Shown here in pieces: positions 1 to 10,158 of a DNA stretch of 64,000 bases. Every line of letters begins with the position of its first letter. Position 1 is the stretch's first letter. The notes beneath the pieces are model-generated. The model was not told where the DNA came from. It ran no database searches and saw nothing but the letters and a program-made list of their open reading frames with translations. Source of the DNA: Verrucomicrobiota bacterium (lineage in GTDB: Bacteria > Verrucomicrobiota > Verrucomicrobiia > Opitutales > Cerasicoccaceae). The DNA lies in the NCBI GenBank assembly GCA_039818205.1, contig JBCBUK010000005.1:160001-224000 (forward strand), read 5' to 3'. The translations under genes were made by a program, and so were the position numbers.

Positions 1-2
1 GC

Positions 3-653
3 CTCCATCCATTTGAGCCTGAGTGGAAGTATCTTTCCTGGAAAGTCTTTCGGGAAAACTGGAACAACCCAGCCTATGGCGGCGGCGAACAACAACCGGG
101 TTGCTGGTTTGATTTCTCAATCGGAGACATTGACTTCTTCATGCTCGACGGTCGCTACTATCGATCATTCGAAAACGGGACGATGCTCGGGCCCGCTCAG
201 TTGGAATGGTTGTTGGAGAAACTGAAGCAATCGACCGCGACGTTTAAGGTCATCGCATGCGGAACCCTTTGGACCGAGCATGCCGAAAAAAAAGGCCGCG
301 ATTCCTGGTGGGGCGTGAAAGACGAACGTGAGAAGATATTCTCCCTGATCGAGGAGGAAGACATTGGCGGAGTCATTCTCCTGTCCTCGGATCGACATCG
401 CAGTGATGTCTACCTCATTGAACGACCGAACGCCTACGACCTCTACGAATTCGAATCCGGGAAGCTGACCAACGAACACACACATCCGACCAGGAAAGAA
501 GCACTATTTTCCTACAACGAAGGCAACTTCTTTGGTATGCTCACCTTTGACCTGACGAAGTCCGATCCCGAAGTCACCTTTCAATGCGTCACGATTGACG
601 ACGAATCCGTTTACGAACTAACCCTTCAACGAAGCCAACTTGAGGCTAATTAA
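3..653 (+). CDS. PhoD-like alkaline phosphatase family protein, C-terminal part (5' truncated by window edge)
   Basis: Frame is open from position 3 (LHPFEPEWKYLSWKVFRENWNNPAYG...FFMLDGRYYR); PhoD-type motifs MLDGRYYR, MLGPAQLEWL, DSW, LLSSDRH. Confidence 0.8.
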   Translation, partial: LHPFEPEWKYLSWKVFRENWNNPAYGGGEQQPGCWFDFSIGDIDFFMLDGRYYRSFENGTMLGPAQLEWLLEKLKQSTATFKVIACGTLWTEHAEKKGRDSWWGVKDEREKIFSLIEEEDIGGVILLSSDRHRSDVYLIERPNAYDLYEFESGKLTNEHTHPTRKEALFSYNEGNFFGMLTFDLTKSDPEVTFQCVTIDDESVYELTLQRSQLEAN

Positions 654-668
654 CCCACGATACACCAG

Positions 669-2066
669 ATGCCACCCAAGATAAATCGAACCCGAAAACT
701 CAGACTGAATCTCCTGCTTTGGATTGCCAGTTGTTTTTGTCTCCATAGCGCCATCGCCGAGCGACCGAACGTGATCATTATCTTGGTCGACGATCTCGGA
801 TATCGCGACCTCGGATTCACTGGTGCCACCGAATTCAAAACGCCAAACATTGACCGCCTCGCGCATGAAGGCGTCATCTTTAAGAACGGGTACGCCAGTC
901 ACTCATTCTGCGGACCGACCCGTGCTGGATTGGTCACCGGTCGCTATCAACAGCGCTTTGGCTTCGAAACCAATCCTGCCTATGCCCCACGTGATGCCAA
1001 GTCGGGCCTTCCGAAAACCGAGACCACGATCGCCACGCGCTTGAAAGACGTTGGGTATCGCACCGGTGTCGTTGGCAAATGGCACCTTGGACATCATCCT
1101 GACTTTCACCCGCTTAATCGCGGCTTTGACTATTTCTTCGGCATGCTTGGCGGCGGACACGACTTCTGGGAGACCGATTCCACCCGGCTTAACGAAAGCT
1201 ACCTTCACCCCTTGGTCTACAACAAGGAGTTTGCCAATGTCGAAGGCTACCTGACTCACCAACTGACCGACAAAGCCATTGAGTTCATTGAGGAGAGTAA
1301 AGACGAACCCTTCTTCTTGTATTTGTCCTACAATGCGCCTCACGCCCCCTTCCATGCACCCCAGGAAACCGTTGATTCCCTCTCTCATATCGAGCACAAA
1401 TTCCGCCGAGCCTATGCGGCGATGGTAGTCGAAGTTGACCGGGATGTCGGCCGGGTTATGGACACACTCGAAGAGCTCGGGCTAACCAAAGACACATTGA
1501 TCTTCTTCCTAAGCGACAACGGTGGTCCACAGGCAGGAACGGTGACTGACAACCTACCCTTCCGCGACGGGAAAGGCGCAGTCTATGAAGGCGGCATTCA
1601 CGTTCCCTTCTTTGCCTATTGGCCGGGAACCATCAAGGGCGGCCAAGAGTTTGACTACCCGGTCATTTCGATCGACCTGGCACCGACCGCAGCTGCGCTC
1701 GCCGGTGCGGACCAAGGCAACATGGAAGGAGTAAACCTAATTCCCTACGTAACTGGTGAGGAAACCGGCGCCCCCCACGACTACATCTTCTTCCGTCGCC
1801 GCGACGGTGCCGCCTGGGCAATCATCGACAAGGATGGGCACAAACTTGCGCGCACGCATTGGGAGTCCGACAAGAAGGAATACTACAACCTCAACAATGA
1901 TCCCTCGGAAACAACGGATCTAAATAACCCTGAGCATGCGGCCACCGTCGACCGCTTGCAGGCAAAATGGGATGACTGGAACAAAGACAACATCCGCTAC
2001 CAGTTTTGGGATTTCCCAGATCACTATAAACAACAAGACCAGCTCTATCAGAGCCAGCGACAATAG
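669..2066 (+). CDS. Secreted arylsulfatase-family (S1) sulfatase
   Basis: Signal peptide, PNVIIILVDDLG, CGPTR (CxPxR formylglycine motif), GKWHLG, SDNGG, YEGGIHVP. Confidence 0.95.
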   Translation: MPPKINRTRKLRLNLLLWIASCFCLHSAIAERPNVIIILVDDLGYRDLGFTGATEFKTPNIDRLAHEGVIFKNGYASHSFCGPTRAGLVTGRYQQRFGFETNPAYAPRDAKSGLPKTETTIATRLKDVGYRTGVVGKWHLGHHPDFHPLNRGFDYFFGMLGGGHDFWETDSTRLNESYLHPLVYNKEFANVEGYLTHQLTDKAIEFIEESKDEPFFLYLSYNAPHAPFHAPQETVDSLSHIEHKFRRAYAAMVVEVDRDVGRVMDTLEELGLTKDTLIFFLSDNGGPQAGTVTDNLPFRDGKGAVYEGGIHVPFFAYWPGTIKGGQEFDYPVISIDLAPTAAALAGADQGNMEGVNLIPYVTGEETGAPHDYIFFRRRDGAAWAIIDKDGHKLARTHWESDKKEYYNLNNDPSETTDLNNPEHAATVDRLQAKWDDWNKDNIRYQFWDFPDHYKQQDQLYQSQRQ

Positions 2067-2084
2067 TCTGCAAATCCTTTCAAC

Positions 2085-2118
2085 GACCTCCTCGGCAAAA
2101 CCGCGGAGGTCTTTTTTT
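2085..2118 (+). terminator. Rho-independent terminator between convergent sulfatase genes
   Basis: GACCTCC..GG-CAAAA-CC..GGAGGTC stem followed by T7. Confidence 0.75.
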
Positions 2119-2119
2119 G

Positions 2120-3532
2120 CTACTCTTCCTTAAGGCGCTTCCACTCCACGCGTAGCTTCTCTTCGAGTGCAGAAACGATTTCTGGATACTGATGAGCCAG
2201 GTTCTGAGTCTCACCCGGATCGTCTTTTAAGTTAAATAGTTGAACAACAATCTCCTTGTTACCCTTGCCAAAACCTAAGCCTGACACCTGCCCTTTCCGG
2301 TATTTCCAATCCCCTTCGCGAATCGCCTGGTTCCAGCCATAGAGAAAGAAATCACGCTGTTCGATCTCGTCGCCCGAGAACAACGGGCGAATGTCAATCC
2401 CATCAATCTGGCGGTCATCGGGAAGTGTTCCGCCCGCGAGCCCGACAACCGTTGGCAACAAATCAAGCGTCGCGGCCATCTCGTTGCATACAGCGTTTTC
2501 CGAAACCATGTCCGGCCACCAGAAGATCGTGGGAACCCGTTGCCCACCTTCATAGGTTGTGCCTTTGCCGCCAAATAGCTTACCCGATGAGCCACCCCGC
2601 TCCCCCATCGTAAGCCAAGGCCCATTGTCTGAGGTAAAAACGACCAGTGTGTTTTTATCCAATCCCGTGTCTCGCAACGTCTGTAAGACCTGCCCGACAG
2701 ACCAGTCCAACTCCGCAATGACGTCCCCATAAAGACCGCGTTCAGTCGTCCCCTTAAATGCAGCCGACGCATACAACGGTATGTGGGGCATCGTGTGGGC
2801 GAGCATCAGAAAGAACGGCCTTGAGGAAGCCTCACCGGATTCGGAGTGAGCTTCGATAAACGCAACGGCTTCCTCCGTATATAGTTTCGTTAACTGCGCT
2901 TGATCAACGGGCCACTGAATCACTTCATGGTCCCGCATCAACGGTGACTTTCCTTTAAAGGCTTTGCGATTCTCGGACTTCTCGACTCGGGGGCGCAGCG
3001 CATAGTAATCCTCTTTGGTGAATCCCTCCCGGATTACGGCATCCTTAGCAAGGGGGATGTCGCCATCATGTGTCATGTCATTGCTAAACGGAATGCCATA
3101 GTAGTGATCAAATCCCTGATTGGTGGGTAGAAATTTCGGCGCGTGTCCCAAGTGCCACTTACCAACTAATGCGGTGTCATAACCTACGGCTTTCAGTAGC
3201 TCTGCAATGGTCACCTCACTAGGCGGCATTCCATCCTGGCTGTGCGGCCAGTAGACGCCGCCCTTGCTTCTCCAGCGAACCGGATAACGTCCCGTCAACA
3301 AACTGGCCCTTGAAGGCGAACAGATAGATTCGCTTACGTAGAACTCCGTAAAGCGCATACCCTCGGCCGCCATCTGATCCAACTCCGGTGTTTCGTAGCC
3401 CTCGGCACCGAAGGTCCCTAAGTCTCCGTAGCCGAGGTCATCGGCAAAGATAATGATGATGTTTGGCTGCTCACCACAACTCATTGCGGCCGTCAGCAGA
3501 AAAAGGATACACGAAGCGAGGGATTTATACAT
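2120..3532 (-). CDS. Arylsulfatase A-like (S1) sulfatase, possible lipoprotein
   Basis: PNIIIIFADDLG, CSPSR, GKWHLG, SDNGPW, YEGGQRVP; N-terminal hydrophobic stretch ending AMSC. Confidence 0.95.
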   Translation of the reverse strand: MYKSLASCILFLLTAAMSCGEQPNIIIIFADDLGYGDLGTFGAEGYETPELDQMAAEGMRFTEFYVSESICSPSRASLLTGRYPVRWRSKGGVYWPHSQDGMPPSEVTIAELLKAVGYDTALVGKWHLGHAPKFLPTNQGFDHYYGIPFSNDMTHDGDIPLAKDAVIREGFTKEDYYALRPRVEKSENRKAFKGKSPLMRDHEVIQWPVDQAQLTKLYTEEAVAFIEAHSESGEASSRPFFLMLAHTMPHIPLYASAAFKGTTERGLYGDVIAELDWSVGQVLQTLRDTGLDKNTLVVFTSDNGPWLTMGERGGSSGKLFGGKGTTYEGGQRVPTIFWWPDMVSENAVCNEMAATLDLLPTVVGLAGGTLPDDRQIDGIDIRPLFSGDEIEQRDFFLYGWNQAIREGDWKYRKGQVSGLGFGKGNKEIVVQLFNLKDDPGETQNLAHQYPEIVSALEEKLRVEWKRLKEE

Positions 3533-3604
3533 AGCAAAGATCTAGGAAACGGAAAACCCTGTATGTAGTTGTTCGCCAACGAAAGGACCAACTATCTTTT
3601 GGAC

Positions 3605-3635
3605 AAAACAAAAAGCCGCCAAAAAATGGCGGCTT
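3605..3635 (-). terminator. Rho-independent terminator of PEP-CTERM gene
   Basis: AAGCCGCCA-AAAAA-TGGCGGCTT inverted repeat with A-run on the left (U-tract on minus strand). Confidence 0.75.
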
Positions 3636-3672
3636 CGAAATTCCAGTTAACTGAATTCTATCGTATCGAAGA

Positions 3673-4416
3673 CTACTTACGTCGACGACGGATGAATGCA
3701 ATGCCCAGGACGGTGAGACCGCCGAGCAATGCATAAGTGCTCGGCTCCGGGATAACTGTGGCAACACCCACTTGCTGAATGTCGACAACATTCGCGAAGC
3801 CTGTTTGAGAAATGCCGAGACGAACACTGGCAATTTCGGACGGATCGCCGCCGAAATCCGCGATATTTGCCGTCCAGCCGTAAAGCCCACGACCGAACAG
3901 GTCACCACCATTCGAGCGAGAGAGGTTGGCGGTTCCAAAGTTCTCGGTGAAAAGTATACTCACGTTCAACACGCTGCCTACCTGGCTACCACCACCATCA
4001 AGTGCGGTAATAGTGGTATTGTGGTCAAAAAATGTTGGGCTGATCGAACCATTGAAGATCACGAAAACATTATCGGCAGCCGACACGGACTGGCCAAAAT
4101 TGTAAACGAGAGAATCTGCAGTCGAAAGCGAACCGGTAATCGGAGAATCGTCCAGCAATGAAGCGGAGCCATCCACCGGCTGAGTTCCGGCAGTGCCCCA
4201 GGTCGTGGCCGTTGGAGCGGTTCCGGTAAGGCTCGCTACCGTGTATTGGAAATTATAGGTGTTGGATGCAGTCGAGAATCCAGTGAGGGTCACATTGTCC
4301 GTTTCAGGGCTCGCGAATGCCGGAGTGGTATCAATACCGGTGATAACCGAGACTTGGGCATGGGCGGATGAGCAAAGAATTGCTGCAGCGGTGGCAGCGT
4401 AGATAAAGTTTCTCAT
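3673..4416 (-). CDS. PEP-CTERM sorting domain protein
   Basis: Signal peptide (AHA-Q); C-terminus IPEPSTYALLGGLTVLGIAFIRRRRK. Confidence 0.93.
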   Translation of the reverse strand: MRNFIYAATAAAILCSSAHAQVSVITGIDTTPAFASPETDNVTLTGFSTASNTYNFQYTVASLTGTAPTATTWGTAGTQPVDGSASLLDDSPITGSLSTADSLVYNFGQSVSAADNVFVIFNGSISPTFFDHNTTITALDGGGSQVGSVLNVSILFTENFGTANLSRSNGGDLFGRGLYGWTANIADFGGDPSEIASVRLGISQTGFANVVDIQQVGVATVIPEPSTYALLGGLTVLGIAFIRRRRK

Positions 4417-4617
4417 GTAAGTGTTGGGGGTTGAGTTTCCGCAATCAATATACAGAAAAACACTCAGCCATACCTAGGCATGATCGCGCAAAGATTATAC
4501 CCAATTGCGCTCTAGATGAATCGATGACCCACAATTACGCCACAGACCCACCACAAATGCGCCTCAGTTACTGCAGGTATCCGCGCTCGGAACGAAATCT
4601 AATCGCCCTCTGCTCGC

Positions 4618-5994
4618 TTATGAGCCCCAGAGGTCTTCACCATATTCCCAACCAGGCAGGGTCGGCTCCTTGATGTATCGCTCCAAATCAGGATGATTAG
4701 TGACCTCCATTTTTGCAGCGTCCCATTCAATGTTCTTACCCGTGCGAATCGCCAGACCACCCAGTAATACGACCTCAGTCAGCGGCGCTGAATAGCTGAA
4801 ATTCGAACCAGCCACTGGACCTCCCTGAACGGCTCGGAACAATTCCTGAATCGGGCCACCCTTCACGCGAGGCAACGGGCGTTTCTTCAGGATGTCTTTA
4901 TACTTGGTCATGTTCTCACGCGGCCAAAGCATGGGGCTCTTGGGTCGCATTCCCTCACAGAAAAGCGTCTCCTCGGAACCAATCATGTACATGCCATTAC
5001 CGGGAAGCTTGGTCATGCCAGGGAGTAACGGTGGGCGAGGCTTGCCCTCATACCAATGCAGCGTCACCGGAGGCTTATCACCGCGAGCCGGGAAATGATA
5101 GATCACGTGGGCGTTGAACACCGTGTAGTCATCATCCGGTTCCTCAATCAACTCAACGTCGACTGCAGTGGGCAACCCTAACTCCAAAGCCCAAAATGGT
5201 GAATCCAAGGTGTGGCATCCAATATCGCCCAACGAACCGACGCCATAGTCCCACCAACCGCGCCAACGCGTTGGTAAATACTCGTCGCTGTACTCGCGGT
5301 GAGCAACTGGACCTTGCCAGAGGTCCCAATGCAAGCCCTCCGGAATCGGTTGCCCCGGGGCTGGAACGGCACCCGGCTTAGCGAACCAGGGAAGGATCGG
5401 ACGATCTGTCCAGCAGTGGACCTCGCGAACCTCTCCCAGGATGCCGGCCTGGTACCACTCGACAATCAAGCGAGCCCCTTCGAAGGTATGCCCTTGATTA
5501 CCCATGTTCGTTTGAACGCCATACTTCTCCATCGCCTTCTGGAGGGTGCGCGTCTGCCAAATATTATGAGCGAGCGGCTTCTGAACGAAGACATTGATCC
5601 CGAGCTCCATTGCGGCCATCGCTGCGGCGAAGTGTGTATGGTCCGGGGTCGCCACGGTGACCACATCAATCTGATCGCCCATATCGTGGAGCATCTCGCG
5701 AAAATCGCTATATTTCTTCGCGTGCGGGTTCCGTGCTGCAATTTCGGCAGGGGTCGCCCATTTCCAGTCACTCGGATTCACGGCCGCCCAGTCGACGTCA
5801 CACAGTGCGACCAGATTCTGGCTGTTGTTCGCGTGGTTCACGGCGTCCATGCCCATATGGCCAATGCCAATACAGGCGACATTGAGTTTTTCGTTCGGAC
5901 TACCCGTCGCGCGGGAAACATAGGGAAAAGCAATGCTGCCGGCAGCGATAGTCGATGAGGTCTTAAGAAAAGAACGACGAGTCTGAGCTTTCAT
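4618..5994 (-). CDS. Tat-exported Gfo/Idh/MocA family oxidoreductase
   Basis: TRRSFLK Tat motif, IGIGHMG Rossmann loop, TPDHTH, QKPL, GDIGCH. Confidence 0.92.
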   Translation of the reverse strand: MKAQTRRSFLKTSSTIAAGSIAFPYVSRATGSPNEKLNVACIGIGHMGMDAVNHANNSQNLVALCDVDWAAVNPSDWKWATPAEIAARNPHAKKYSDFREMLHDMGDQIDVVTVATPDHTHFAAAMAAMELGINVFVQKPLAHNIWQTRTLQKAMEKYGVQTNMGNQGHTFEGARLIVEWYQAGILGEVREVHCWTDRPILPWFAKPGAVPAPGQPIPEGLHWDLWQGPVAHREYSDEYLPTRWRGWWDYGVGSLGDIGCHTLDSPFWALELGLPTAVDVELIEEPDDDYTVFNAHVIYHFPARGDKPPVTLHWYEGKPRPPLLPGMTKLPGNGMYMIGSEETLFCEGMRPKSPMLWPRENMTKYKDILKKRPLPRVKGGPIQELFRAVQGGPVAGSNFSYSAPLTEVVLLGGLAIRTGKNIEWDAAKMEVTNHPDLERYIKEPTLPGWEYGEDLWGS

Positions 5995-6243
5995 AGGGTT
6001 AGGTTGAGGGATTTTGTATATGATTTAATAGCGTAAAAGCATCTACTATTTGAATCGCAGGTATCCTCCAAAGCGAACCTATAATGGCGCAAATGGTATA
6101 AGATTGCGCTATCAAAAGATAGATAGAAGAGGCCTATACGAAATATGATCAGCGAAATCTTTTGACGCAAATCGCCAAAAACGAACCGCCAACTTACATT
6201 GCTTTCTAGAATCGCTTTAACCTTCCGGGCTGACTTCGAACAG

Positions 6244-7113
6244 TTAGTTTCGGTATTTCTCCAACAAAGCCTGCGTGGCCCGAACGCCTTTGATCGGTTC
6301 CATTTTCTCACCCTCATACTCGATGGCAATAATACCTGAGAATCCGGAATCCTGCACGGCTTTCATCAGCTCGGCGTAGTCCAAGTTCATCTCCTCCCCT
6401 GCTGCGTCAAAGTTGTGGGTCTTAGCAGAGACAACCTCCGTGTACGGCATCATATCAATTGTCCCCTGCACAACATCGGTGCCCTGCATTTTTCCGAAAT
6501 CGGGCATCAATCGACAATTGGGGTGGTCCAATTGATCGACTACCTGCGCCAGGAATCGACCGAGCTTGGTCCGCTTGGAAGTGCCCGGCTCAATCACGAT
6601 GATAACGTCCCTTGTCGCTGCATAGTCTGCCAACGGCCGAAGCGCCAACAGACAGCGGTGGATCGCTTCCCTCGTCGAGATAGCATCATTCGCCTTGAGA
6701 AAAACCCGCACGTAGTCAGCTCCAAGCAGGACTGCTTGGTCGACGGCAAACTGGTGGGCCAAGCCATTGGCTTTGAGTTGGACAGGCTGATCAGTCACGG
6801 CATCAACAACACCAGTCATCACCAAAAAGATTTCTGAGCCTGCAAGATCCGCGCGCTGCTTTAGCTCTTTGAAGAACTCAGAATCATTTTTCCGATCGTC
6901 AGGAAATCCACCATCCCAGACATCGATCTTCGTAATCCCAAATGTTTCTTTGGCAAACGCCGGATAATCCAGCGCGTGCAGCTCTCCTGATTGAAAAAGC
7001 TGCCGCAGCGAATACATCGACAATCCGATCTCATATTCCGCGCGCGCATTCATCGGCACACCCAGACCAATCGACAGGAGCAATACCGCAAGCAACACGC
7101 GCTTGGATTGCAT
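6244..7113 (-). CDS. Secreted sugar phosphate isomerase/epimerase-like TIM-barrel protein
   Basis: IGLSMYSLR, VIEP, MPDFGK, SAKTH, IAIEYEG; start placed at ATG 7113 (MQSKRV..., signal peptide) because the longer ORF start overlaps the upstream gene. Confidence 0.85.
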   Translation of the reverse strand: MQSKRVLLAVLLLSIGLGVPMNARAEYEIGLSMYSLRQLFQSGELHALDYPAFAKETFGITKIDVWDGGFPDDRKNDSEFFKELKQRADLAGSEIFLVMTGVVDAVTDQPVQLKANGLAHQFAVDQAVLLGADYVRVFLKANDAISTREAIHRCLLALRPLADYAATRDVIIVIEPGTSKRTKLGRFLAQVVDQLDHPNCRLMPDFGKMQGTDVVQGTIDMMPYTEVVSAKTHNFDAAGEEMNLDYAELMKAVQDSGFSGIIAIEYEGEKMEPIKGVRATQALLEKYRN

Positions 7114-7132
7114 AAGACCTGAGCAAGTCCCG

Positions 7133-8662
7133 CTAGCTGTCGGACGATTCTTCGGTCGATTCGGGGGAAATATTGGAAAGTGGATCAACAAGGCCAAGAA
7201 TTTCGCAATCCTTGAGAGCCAACTGCACTTTCAACATCGAGTCAACGGACATCTCACTATCAAAGAGACGTAAGGTTCTGAGCGACCGCAGATCCGACAG
7301 CGGCTCCACCGCACTGTCACCGATCGCTGTGCCATGAAGGTTCAACGAACGCAGTTTCTTCAAGGAACTCAACGCAACAAGGTCTTCCGAGGTCACATTG
7401 GTCTCGTTCAGATTCAGGTGTGATAGGCGTGGAAATTTCGCTATCTCGTTGATCGACCCCGATTCAAGTTCCCGCCTCCACAGATCAATCGACATCACGT
7501 AGTCTGCGACCGGCTCGAGATCCTTCAAAGCCTGCGCTGGAATGGCCACATCTGCATTTCGCGTTACCACGTAGAGCCCCGCGTTGATATCTTGCGACAA
7601 CGGAATCAAATCAATGCCATACTCATGCTTGAGGCCGCGCGCAACTGACAAGAAAGTATCCGTGGCCAAGGGCGCAATCTCCTCCGGCTCATCACCCACC
7701 AAACGAGAAATGATGACTTCGATATGCTCCGGGTAAGACTCCTCGCGAAGCCCATCTATTGATTGTGTCTCGGATGCCCCACCCTCGATCCACCAGTGGA
7801 TCAATGCAATCTCGTCGCCAGTCATCGCAGGCTTTTCTTTCGGCGGCATTAGCTGATCGTCCGTTCGGGGCAAGGTGATGCGGTTAAAGATTTCACTCTT
7901 ATCCAAGAGTCCCGGCACAATTCCCGGAATCTTACTTTTCCCGCCCGCCAGCATGAGATCAAAAAGATCCATTCGCAGCTGACCTTTTTGCTTCAGCTCG
8001 CTGTGGCACTCGTAGCAGTGTTGTTCAAAAATGGGCTCGATCACCGCGTGAAACACGGGTGATTGGTAGGTTACGACAATCGGCACAACTTCGGGCACAC
8101 CGATTAAGCTTCGAATTGGTTTCGGAGCCTTGGCGTAAAGATAGTCCTCACCGTGAATCAACGACGCGCCATGATGGCTTCCGATCGTCAGCGCACCAAT
8201 GCTCACAAACAAAACGCTAAGGTAAGCGCCATGGACAAATCGGTTATGCAAGTTCAAGTTGAGCTCCCGCAGGCTCAGCGCAAAAATCATCAATACCGTC
8301 GTAATGATGCCTGCCCACATGTGATCGTTGATAAGCTTGCCCGTGGCACCCTCACCCGCTGCGAGCAGAAAACCAAGCACACAAGCAAGCGCGGCAAAAA
8401 GAACCGCCAGGCCCAGCAGAACTGGCACGGCCTGCTTGAGATAGCTCATCGATTTGAAGGAGCCTAGAATCTCCAACAAGGGAATCATCAACAGCAACGC
8501 GATCGGAAAGTGCAGCGCCAGAATATGAAACCGCCCAAGCGCAATGACTGAGTCTGAGCCGCCCTCACCGTTTAAAGGAAAGAAGATCGGCATCGAAATC
8601 AGCAAGGCCGACAGCAACACGCCACACAGAACAACCAACTTTGATCGAAGGGTAACTTCCAC
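7133..8662 (-). CDS. DUF2231-like membrane domain + planctomycete cytochrome c + C-terminal leucine-rich repeats
   Basis: GRFHILALHFPIALL and several TM helices; CYECH heme motif, MPP...WIEGGA; LRR units LSHLNLNETNVT, LRSLNLHGTAIGD. Confidence 0.85.
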   Translation of the reverse strand: MEVTLRSKLVVLCGVLLSALLISMPIFFPLNGEGGSDSVIALGRFHILALHFPIALLLMIPLLEILGSFKSMSYLKQAVPVLLGLAVLFAALACVLGFLLAAGEGATGKLINDHMWAGIITTVLMIFALSLRELNLNLHNRFVHGAYLSVLFVSIGALTIGSHHGASLIHGEDYLYAKAPKPIRSLIGVPEVVPIVVTYQSPVFHAVIEPIFEQHCYECHSELKQKGQLRMDLFDLMLAGGKSKIPGIVPGLLDKSEIFNRITLPRTDDQLMPPKEKPAMTGDEIALIHWWIEGGASETQSIDGLREESYPEHIEVIISRLVGDEPEEIAPLATDTFLSVARGLKHEYGIDLIPLSQDINAGLYVVTRNADVAIPAQALKDLEPVADYVMSIDLWRRELESGSINEIAKFPRLSHLNLNETNVTSEDLVALSSLKKLRSLNLHGTAIGDSAVEPLSDLRSLRTLRLFDSEMSVDSMLKVQLALKDCEILGLVDPLSNISPESTEESSDS

Positions 8663-8675
8663 GAAATATCCTTAA

Positions 8676-10145
8676 TTATGCGTTTAGGAGGCCTTTTACC
8701 ACATGGGCTTCCTCGACCCCGGTCAGGCGTTGATCGAGACCTTGGTGCTTCACGGTGAAACGATTGTGATCAATCCCCAGTTGATGAAGTATGGTCGCGT
8801 TCAGGTCACGAATATGAACCGGGTCCTTCGTAATGTTGTAGCCAAAGTCATCGGTCTCGCCATAGGTCATCCCCGGCTTCACGCCACCACCAGCCATCCA
8901 CATGGTAAAGCAACGTGGGTGGTGGTCGCGGCCATAGTTGGTATTCGTCAGCTTCCCTTGACAGTAAATGGTTCGACCAAACTCACCTCCCCAAACGACT
9001 AAGGTGTCTTCCAAGAGCCCGCGCTGCTTGAGGTCGTTGATCAATGCATAGCTTGCTTGGTCAACGTCGCGGCATTGGTTCGGCAAATCACCAGTAACGT
9101 TGTGATGCTGGTCCCATCCGCGGTGGAAGATCTGAGTAAAGCGGACACCGCGCTCGGCCAAGCGCCGCGCGAGCAAGCAATTGTAGGCGAAGGTTCCTGG
9201 CTTCTTTACATCGGGTCCATAGAGTTCCAAGGTCGACTCCGACTCACCCGAGACATCGGTCAACTCCGGCACAGAGCTTTGCATCCGAAAAGCCATCTCG
9301 TATTGGGCAATTCGTGCATGGATCTCCGGATCCCCGATGTCTTCATAATGCATGTGGTTTATGTCTTCGAGTCCATCGAGCATGATCTTGCGGGCATGCG
9401 TGCCCACTCCATCGGGATTGCTCAAATATAGGACCGGATCACCCATCGATTGAAACGCAACGCCCTGGTGCTCCGAGGGCAGGAAACCACTACCCCATAG
9501 ACGCGAGAACAAGGCCTGCGCATCTTTACGTCCCGTCCAACTCGAATTCAGGACCACGAAGCTGGGTAAGTTCTCATTCTCGGTTCCAAGCCCATAACTG
9601 ACCCAAGCGCCCAGGCTCGGAAGCCCGGGTGTTTGCCGACCCGTTTGAATATAAGTGATCGCTGGGTCGTGGTTAATGGCTTCCGTCCACATTGACTTCA
9701 CAAAGGTCAGGTCATCAACCATCTTGGCGGTATGCGGCAACAACTCACTTACCCAAGCCCCCGACTGGCCATGCTGCTTGAAGTCATACATCGTGTGCGC
9801 AATCGGAAAACGATCCTGCCCAGAGGTCATCCCCGTAAGGCGTTGCCCATTCCGAATCTCTTCGGGTAGATCCTTGTCGTGCCACAAACGCATGTAGGGT
9901 TTGTAGTCAAACATGTCATGCTGCGATGGCGCTCCTGACATGAACAGGTAGATCACGCGCTTTGCCTTAGGAGCGAAGTGCGATGCTCCCAGCGCTCCGC
10001 GTCCACCCGCCAGATTGTCAACGGCCCCCATCAGGTCTTTCCCCAAAAGCGATGCCAAGGCAATACTACCCAATCCCTTACCCATACGAGTAAAGAACTG
10101 CCGACGGGTTTCCAGCTTGATGTATTCTTCGATTGGATAGCTCAT
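8676..10145 (-). CDS. DUF1501 family protein (Tat signal)
   Basis: [62 protein letters not shown]. Confidence 0.93.
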   Translation of the reverse strand: MSYPIEEYIKLETRRQFFTRMGKGLGSIALASLLGKDLMGAVDNLAGGRGALGASHFAPKAKRVIYLFMSGAPSQHDMFDYKPYMRLWHDKDLPEEIRNGQRLTGMTSGQDRFPIAHTMYDFKQHGQSGAWVSELLPHTAKMVDDLTFVKSMWTEAINHDPAITYIQTGRQTPGLPSLGAWVSYGLGTENENLPSFVVLNSSWTGRKDAQALFSRLWGSGFLPSEHQGVAFQSMGDPVLYLSNPDGVGTHARKIMLDGLEDINHMHYEDIGDPEIHARIAQYEMAFRMQSSVPELTDVSGESESTLELYGPDVKKPGTFAYNCLLARRLAERGVRFTQIFHRGWDQHHNVTGDLPNQCRDVDQASYALINDLKQRGLLEDTLVVWGGEFGRTIYCQGKLTNTNYGRDHHPRCFTMWMAGGGVKPGMTYGETDDFGYNITKDPVHIRDLNATILHQLGIDHNRFTVKHQGLDQRLTGVEEAHVVKGLLNA

Positions 10146-10158
10146 GGTTTCAATAATT

